DNA of 64,000 bases from assembly GCA_964036045.1 (NCBI GenBank), contig OZ038378.1, forward strand, positions 166,346,001 through 166,410,000. The letters are read 5' to 3'. The stretch comes from Eutreptiella sp. 'Long Island Sound 2002' (Eukaryota; Protista; Euglenida). Shown piece by piece: positions 59,401 through 64,000 of the stretch. The position numbers and the translations under genes are program-made. Each line of letters starts with the position of its first letter. The first letter of the stretch is position 1. The notes below the pieces were generated by a model. It did not search any database and was not told the DNA's origin. It saw only the letters and a program-made list of their open reading frames with translations.

Positions 59401-61775
59401 GCTTCAACGTGATGACCGAGGCGGTGGTCTCGGCGGCTTTTGTGCAGCCCCCGATCCCCAGCCTTACCGCCCCTTCCCCCGGCCCTGCCCTTGCCCCTCG
59501 CCTTTGCCCCCGCTGTTGCTCTTCCCGCTGGCGGACTTTATGCGCATCCTCCGTCGACGGTCGAGGAGGCCCCTCGCAGACAACGGCCTGCGCAACACTT
59601 CACCCCCCGCCCCCCCCCCCCCCCTCCCCCCATCATCAAGTGTGTAGCCCCCGTGTCTCTGGCATTTCCCAGGCGCCGTTGGGGTCGACGAATTTGAGGT
59701 CAGCATCTCTGAGTCCCTCACGCAGTCCAATCAGACCATCAGCGTTGTCTTGACGATCTACAACACCGTCCCCGAGGGCCGTGCCGATTTCCTTTCCGTG
59801 GACAGTCTCACTACCGTGGGCAGCGTTGCGCCTTTGGTCAATGACTACGACGCGGACAAGGACGAGCTCGTGATTCACAATATTTATTGGGACGGCGATG
59901 ATCATGGCATCCAAGTCGTTGGTATGCCTGGGGTATCCCCGTGGGAGGGGGGCATGGGTCATCCAGAGGCATTCCTCTCGTGGGCTATTCAGGACCCCAG
60001 CCGCCCGCCAGTACGTCCAAGCGTCTGGAGCTGTCCTGCATGTAGCGCCCCCTCCCTCCCCAGGGATGCATTAGAAGGCATGGGGCCTCAGAGGAGGCCC
60101 CAGAAGCGGGTAGACAGGCGGTTGGAGGAGGTTGCCAAAGCAGTTGGGGGCCGTTACTGTAGGTTACAAATGCCATTGAAGCTGGTACCTGCCGTCAGGG
60201 ACACGGTGGCTGGGCATAGGCTGGGCGCCCTGGAGGGGGGGGGGGGGGGGGGCGGTTGAGTCCCCCCCTTCCAGTGCATCCCTGTCCCTCCCCCGCAAAG
60301 ATGCGGGGGCCGAGCGCAGCAAACTGCTCGTTATACGACGGATCTGGCCCCACTCATGCAAGTGCTGGATGGCTGTGACCTGTGCCTCGTACTCCTCCTG
60401 TGAAGCACAAAGATTGGGGGTTGTGTACGTTCTCCGCACTGTTTGGACATCTGGGCCAGGGGGGGGGGGTCGCCCAGAATCGGTTTGCATAGTTTTCAGG
60501 GCAGCGTGTCTTTTCAGAACGAGAATTTTGACTTGGATTTCCATGAGACCCGTGGCTGAAGCATCGCCCTCTTGGCTGGCGGTAAGTGGCCAATGTTACT
60601 CTCATTCAGTGCGGGCTGCGGGTGAAGGTCCGTGTATCTTCTGTGTGCAGTGCCCGGCCGCCCTCTCCCGGTGGGTGTGCACATGAGGTGGATGCGGTGT
60701 CAATCAACGAGACCTGTTGTTTGCTCTAAGGACCCACCGTTGCAGGGGGGGACGAGGTCATTCCTGGTGCCTGGATCAGACCCAGCCCCGTGCGGCGTGT
60801 GTGTGCAGTGGTGTGTGCCGGTGCGGCGGGCGCACTGTGGCGCCGAAGGCTTGCCGGTGCCATTCCCCTGAAAACCCCCACACACACCACAGAGTGTGTT
60901 GCCCCCAGGAAGGTGCGCCGCGCCAGCCGGGGTGGACATGCCGCTGGTGTCCGCCCATGCGTTTCGCGGGGAGTCAGTCCGGAAACTCAGTAATACCCGC
61001 CCCCGTCACATCCCGACCTCAGTAGGAACCAGCTGCGTGGAGTGGGAGCCAGATCCATCCGAGCACGCCCGCTGTCGGACGCCGGTGGCAAGTCCGAACT
61101 GGGATCTGGGTGGTCCGTTGACAACAACATTCGCCTTTTTTATTTTCACTCGGGCCAGACTCCTAAGCACTTTTTAGTGGTTTGAGAAGTACGAACTGCG
61201 GGCGAAGGTCCGCATGTCTTCTCGTCACCGGCGACGACCCTCAGAGGGGTGTAGTACTGGAGGGTTGGACAGTTTGCTGTGGGTAGTGCCCGGTGGCTTT
61301 TCCCGCGTCGGCGTGCGCGTTTGTTGGTTGAAGCATACGTCAACGGGATTTTTGTTTCGGTGGTACCCTCCCCCCCCCAGTGGCCAGGTTCGCACACCGG
61401 CTGTGCAGTCTGCATGGGCACGAACAAGACTGCCTGGGCCCCCAGACGATCCCCCAACGTGGGGGCTCTGCAGCCCCATCTGCTCGGATTGCCGCATTTC
61501 CGAACACAGAGAACGCCGACAAGACTTTGACTGTGACGTTCCCCGGCGATTTCTACGGCAACGCCGACAATTTCTACTACTACGTCAACGACAGCCTTGC
61601 GCGGTCCGAAACGCCCACCCGCATCGCCCTCTGCCGCGCCTGCTCGACCCCCGTGGCGCAGCCGGACGCTTACTCCATCGCCCAAGGCACAAGTTACGTG
61701 ATGAATGTGTCGTTGAACGACGCAGACAGTGACGGTGATGTCATCACTATCACATCGGTGGCCGCCAGTACACAG
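17761..61775 (+). CDS. Multi-exon gene: signal peptide + Kelch + Cys-rich ephrin-receptor/TNFR-like repeats + CBM4/9-like + Big_9/cadherin-like Ig repeats (3' incomplete)
   Basis: 16 exons total 4149 nt (1383 codons); all 15 introns are GT-AG with matching phases; motifs continue across junctions; donor GT at 61776 and no stop reached. Confidence 0.88.
19582..20001 (+). CDS. Exon 2: Kelch repeats
   Basis: GCAG|TG; [32 protein letters not shown]; donor G|GTCTGT. Confidence 0.9.
20029..20424. repeat. Two (GT)n/(GCGT)n microsatellite tracts
   Basis: 20029-20188 and 20328-20424. Confidence 0.9.
20972..21680. mobile_element. Poly-C/poly-G-ended MITE with direct subterminal repeats and a CxxC...CxxC fragment
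   Basis: C-run/G-run ends; GCCCCG.ACAGTGGCCCGTACAGTGG at ~21018 and ~21620; MPCNVC...ICELC remnant; flanks read as TA or GGTTACA (boundary ambiguous). Confidence 0.55.
21440..21510 (-). pseudogene. Degenerate tRNA-like (pol III A/B box) sequence
   Basis: Minus strand TAGTTGGTA (21500-21492)...GGTTCAAATCC (21463-21453); no intact cloverleaf. Confidence 0.4.
22323..22690. repeat. Diverged 200-bp tandem duplication
   Basis: TGCCCCTTT..GGCATTTT.ATTGTGAGCAGCATCT at 22323 and 22523. Confidence 0.75.
22721..23260. repeat. Dispersed repeat with an internal inverted duplication; related copy at ~34400-35000
   Basis: 22721-22870 is an imperfect reverse complement of 23115-23260 and of 34400-34550. 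Confidence 0.6.
23284..23972. mobile_element. PIF/Harbinger-like element (sister of 8121-8990)
   Basis: GGGGGGCGCCTT...AAGGATTCCCCC; flanks TAA/TAC; shared terminal sequence. Confidence 0.65.
24417..24570. repeat. ~39-bp minisatellite, 4 diverged copies
   Basis: GCATGCACCTTGTGGACAGC...CTGCCTGGCA units. Confidence 0.7.
24853..25197 (+). CDS. Exon 3: Kelch repeats + first Cys-rich unit
   Basis: TTTCAG|GA; [16 protein letters not shown]; donor CAG|GTATTC. Confidence 0.88.
25761..25985 (+). CDS. Exon 4: Cys-rich repeats
   Basis: TTGCAG|GT; [21 protein letters not shown]; donor CAG|GTATGC. Confidence 0.9.
27500..28998 (+). mobile_element. Degenerate LINE-like fragment with a (CTAC)n tail
   Basis: Homologous to 30790-31300 (GGTGCTCCGGGCCCCG...GACATGCT...CACTCCTTGACTGCC...GGCACAGGTGGTGCTGCCA); ends in CTACCTACCTACCTACCT. 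Confidence 0.55.
30168..30289 (+). CDS. Exon 5: Cys-rich repeat (missed by the ORF track)
   Basis: TTGCAG|AT; [41 protein letters not shown]; donor GAG|GTATGT; bridges phase 1 to phase 0. Confidence 0.85.
30790..31300 (+). mobile_element. Second fragment of the 27500-28998 family
   Basis: Colinear nucleotide blocks as listed for 27500-28998. Confidence 0.5.
33675..33976 (+). pseudogene. RNase HI domain relic (probably retroelement-derived)
   Basis: [20 protein letters not shown] (DS.YV..GI..W...W motif) and [17 protein letters not shown] (W.P.H.G..GNE.AD..A motif), interrupted by stops. Confidence 0.6.
35518..35806 (+). CDS. Exon 6: Cys-rich repeats
   Basis: CACAG|ATC; CPPGFY, CPLGYWS, CPVGTFS, CAPGSFN; donor CAG|GTCTGT. 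Confidence 0.9.
37021..37414 (+). CDS. Exon 7: Cys-rich repeats
   Basis: CCCAG|GG; CPAGTYN, CPDGTYS, CEPGTYQ; donor CAG|GTGTGG. Confidence 0.9.
38015..38233 (-). mobile_element. hAT-like MITE, inverted copy of 60061-60284
   Basis: CAGGGATG...TGCATCCTTG ends; interior is the reverse complement of the 60061 copy. Confidence 0.75.
38964..39139. repeat. SINE-like dispersed repeat
   Basis: Near-identical to 58131-58309. Confidence 0.8.
39371..39594 (+). CDS. Exon 8: last Cys unit + start of CBM4/9-like module
   Basis: GCAG|G; WVQNGHFD motif; donor CAG|GTGTGC. Confidence 0.85.
40649..40832 (+). CDS. Exon 9: CBM-like module
   Basis: CTTCTTCAG|GC is the phase-compatible acceptor; YRQTVNV; donor AAG|GTGTGC. 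Confidence 0.8.
40816..41850 (+). repeat. Two diverged head-to-tail repeat copies; the first overlaps the exon 9 donor
   Basis: 40816-41170 is colinear with 41454-41830. Confidence 0.7.
44426..44755. mobile_element. hAT-like MITE
   Basis: TIR CAGGGTTTTTCTTA/TAAGAAAAGCCCTG; 8-bp TSD TCTGCTAC (44418-44425, 44756-44763). Confidence 0.85.
44786..44946 (+). CDS. Exon 10: CBM-like module
   Basis: TTCCAG|G; [10 protein letters not shown]...VTIELILEN; donor CAG|GTCTGA. Confidence 0.82.
45149..45387. mobile_element. Probable MITE
   Basis: CACGGCTTA...ACCGGGG / CCCCGGTAACGGTAAGCTGT ends; flanks GGCCAGGT/GGCCTGGT (7/8 match). Confidence 0.45.
45810..51764. mobile_element. hAT-like non-autonomous element containing a 33-bp minisatellite
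   Basis: 8-bp TSD GTTTTGCC (45802-45809, 51765-51772); imperfect TIR CTGTCG(G)AAAT..G.ATT.TACGACGCGTCGGG; many CGACGCGTCG/GTCGTACA subterminal motifs. Confidence 0.75.
45949..51230. repeat. 33-bp minisatellite, ~154 sequenced units plus a 200-N gap (48311-48510)
   Basis: Unit GCCCCTTGCATCCCGGCAGGAGCACTGCCCCC(G/A). Confidence 0.97.
52562..52996. mobile_element. hAT-like MITE with an internal 21-bp tandem array
   Basis: TIR CAGGGGGTGCC(A/G)TAA; 8-bp TSD AGGCACAG (52554-52561, 52997-53004); ~14x CCACCAACCGCCATCGGTTAC at 52633-52940. Confidence 0.88.
53440..53729 (+). CDS. Exon 11: end of CBM-like module + Cys-rich repeats
   Basis: GCAG|GC; [10 protein letters not shown]; CLPGWKC; donor CAG|GTCTCG. 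Confidence 0.87.
55061..55229 (+). CDS. Exon 12: Cys-rich repeats
   Basis: GTCAG|GAA; CTPGHEC, CWPGTY, CLPGSFS; donor CAG|GTACGC. Confidence 0.9.
55382..55439. repeat. Perfect 22-bp inverted repeat with 14-nt spacer
   Basis: AATTTCGCGTGGGAAATTTCGC...GCGAAATTTCCCACGCGAAATT. Confidence 0.85.
55809..56015. repeat. Diverged relative of the 58131-58382 SINE-like repeat (opposite orientation)
   Basis: TTTGGCA...GCCTAT.GGCC..TCGC...GGTTGTG.CAACG.AGCCCC.GGA blocks are shared with the reverse complement of 58131-58382. Confidence 0.55.
56090..56241 (+). CDS. Exon 13: Cys-rich repeats
   Basis: GCCAG|GG; CPKGTY; donor GAG|GTGTGA. Confidence 0.88.
57376..57989. mobile_element. TA-flanked poly-C/poly-G TIR MITE carrying a Tudor/SH3-like fragment
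   Basis: TA|C(n)TTTGTAATAGCTACGCC...GGCGTAGCTATTACAAAG(n)|TA; 44-bp direct subterminal repeat at 57401-57444 and 57909-57952; ORF from ATG 57630. Confidence 0.88.
58131..58382. repeat. SINE-like dispersed repeat
   Basis: Near-identical to 38964-39139; bounded by C runs. Confidence 0.8.
58793..58964 (+). CDS. Exon 14: Ig-like (Big_9-type) repeat
   Basis: CCACAG|GTC; YGTISS...SITYLT; donor CAG|GTTTGC. Confidence 0.8.
59673..59921 (+). CDS. Exon 15: Big_9/cadherin-like repeats
   Basis: CCCAG|GC; GVDEFEVSI...NTVPEGRAD...[13 protein letters not shown]; donor G|GTATGC. Confidence 0.87.
60061..60284 (+). mobile_element. hAT-like MITE
   Basis: TIR CAGGGATGCA/TGCATCCCTG; 8-bp TSD TCCCTCCC (60053-60060, 60285-60292). 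Confidence 0.88.
61510..61775 (+). CDS. Exon 16: Big_9/cadherin-like repeats
   Basis: CACAG|AG; [14 protein letters not shown]...PVAQPDAY...[16 protein letters not shown]; donor CAG|GTTGCT. Confidence 0.87.
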
Positions 61776-64000
61776 GTTGCTGCTGCTGTTGGCGGTGCGA
61801 GGGATTGGTGGCCTGGAGTGTCCAGATGAGTGGGCAATGCATGTCCCCCAAACCCCAACTGCTGTGTCACACCGTATCCAAAGTGGGTGTCATGTGTGCA
61901 TCCCAACTTTCAAGAGTGTGTCGCACGTGCGTCTCACAGCCGTCTCTGCTTTTGCAGTTCAACACGGGTCGTTCCCCGGTCCCTTGCGGCTCTTTCCCAG
62001 ACACGGCAACGCAATTATCCTGAAGATGTTTTCTTGATGTAGCGTGTGTGTTTGGGGGGGGAGACCCAGGTCTCTGTCCTCTGTCTTGGGTTTCATGCAT
62101 CGCATGTGTCTCCCTGGCTTCAGAAGTGTGTATCAGGTGTGCATCAGAGCACAAGTGTGCATCCCCTGCTGGCGGGGATACGTTTTGATCGAACATGCGG
62201 GTGCGTTGCGTGCAGACTTCCACTTCACAACTCAGCACCAGTGGGAGGGGGGCTTTGGGGGGGTTCCAGACCCCCCCCCCCCAACCCCAGCCCCAGTCCT
62301 TAAGTGATTGGGCCAAATTTTGCTCCGCGCCTGCCGCGCAATGTGCCACGGCATGAGACAGCACACATGACACTGCGGCACGGTCACATCCCTTTGGGGA
62401 GATGCCATTGCATGCCATGACTATAGGTGCGGTCTTTTTGCCTCCACAGATGTTCGAAAAAGGCTTGGAACCCCCCCATTGTGCAACACTGTATGGCACC
62501 TCGTCGCTCTGGGGTAAATGTATTTCTGGACTGGCCCAAAAATTCAGTACTTCGGGATTCAGGCCCTCCAATACTTCGGGACCAGAGGGGATTGGGGGGT
62601 GGGGGGTGGGGGCACCCACCCACCCAGTTCCCTCGGACCCACCCACCCACCGAACCCTCCCCCTTTTAAGTGGAACTCTGGTTGCGTCAGAGGCCCCCAA
62701 ACATCTTTGCTTTGTTTGGGGGGGGGGGGGGGGGATTGCACAAGGGCATACTGTGCAAACATTAAATATTTGCAGAAATATTTAATTCTCTGGGCACAGC
62801 CTGATTTAATACAAAAAAAATTCAAAAAATAGATAAATTTTTCAGTACCATGCCTCGGGAATGGTAAAAGGCGGCGCAAAAGTGTGCAAAAATAAAATTT
62901 TTCTATACAGATGCACCTCTATAGCCGTGCAGGAGTCACAGGAATGGGCGGATTGCTTACAAGTGCGAAAAGTGACCTTTTGCCAGGCCATGCATGTTAC
63001 CTCTTGTCATAAGCCCATAAACCAGAGGTTCCTGCAAGGGCGGCCAAGCAGCCCCAAGTGAAAGCCCCACCAATGTAGGGCAATGCTAAGCCTGCCCAAG
63101 CACCATCCTCACAGGCGTTGTATCAAACTGGGTTTTAAGTGGCAGGTTTGTCATGTACAAACGGGCCCATGGGGACCATGTGCGTGCAAAGGGGGTGCTT
63201 ATCCTGCGGTGCGCAATTTGGGTAATTATCTTGGAACATAGGCAATATAGTGGTACATACACGCATGCGTTTTTTATGTAACATATACCCCTATACGCCC
63301 TTTTTTCCCCTATTTTTGTTACTATTTTTACCTTTTGGGGCCTCTTATAAATGGTGCACTTGTTGCCCATCCCCAATATGGAATGGGCTGTGATGAACTT
63401 TGCGTTGTCCCTGCTTTGGGCCCTCCTAAGACGGCAATGGTTAGGTAGCACGGACGTGGTTGCCAGCCAGGACCCGACCCCAAGTGGGGGTGGGGGGGGG
63501 GGGGGCTCTACGGACCCCAAAATGGTTCTATGGAACAATGGGGTGTGTGGGTTCGGAGGTGATCTGCTGAACTAAGCTAAACGAAACCTATAGTGGCGTG
63601 TAAGAGTGCTTTGAGTGCCAAATGAGGCAAGACGAGGCACTATACAAATGCCGTTTGTCACTCATTGAAGATCCCGCCCTCGAGCTTAGCCCCGGCTCGA
63701 TGTGGCGGTGCCGTATTGTCTCCTCTGTAGAGAGTGATGGTGTCAAAAGATCAACGTTTTTGTTCTGGTGTATTTCCTAGACAGTGTACACTGAAGCTAA
63801 ATACCCTTACCCTGCGGCGCCTGCAGCGCCCCTGCGGCGCCTGCAGCGCACCTGCGGCAATCGTGCAGCGCGCAGTAAGCGCTCCCAACAGTAATGGAGA
63901 ACTATGGCAATGGGAGGTTTGATGTGCAGTGCCAAATGGAAGAAGGCCAAACAGTTGTCCGGCTTTCTGTCCACCATAGCATTTTAGCATTTACTTAGCC

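Noticed and set aside
17761-61775. Nonconventional (non GT-AG) euglenid introns
   Set aside because: All 15 junctions resolve with GT-AG and correct phase

Overview
Eukaryotic, repeat-rich nuclear DNA, very probably from a euglenid: a near-perfect euglenid spliced-leader (SL) copy lies at 406-430. The window holds two real genes. (1) An intronless 348-aa CCCH zinc-finger gene (447-1493) starts 16 nt after the genomic SL copy, so it looks like a reinserted mature mRNA. The 19-mer abutting the SL (389-407) recurs exactly at 14126-14144 behind an A-rich LINE-like end, so a single target-site duplication (TSD) appears to bracket a ~13.7-kb unit. (2) A large secreted or surface protein gene starts at 17761 on the + strand. 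I hand-assembled 16 exons joined by 15 phase-compatible GT-AG introns (1383 codons, 3' end beyond the window): signal peptide, Kelch repeats, Cys-rich ephrin-receptor/TNFR-like repeats, a CBM4/9-like module, more Cys-rich repeats, then Big_9/cadherin-like Ig repeats. Introns and intergenic DNA are packed with mobile elements: hAT-like MITEs with 8-bp TSDs (one swollen by a >5-kb 33-bp minisatellite), Harbinger-like MITEs with 3-bp TSDs, TA-flanked poly-C/poly-G MITEs carrying a shared Tudor/SH3-like protein fragment, and LINE/SINE relics. Most ORF-track entries, including the six 1300-1900-aa ORFs over the satellite, are spurious. All domain calls are by-eye motif recognition, not database searches.
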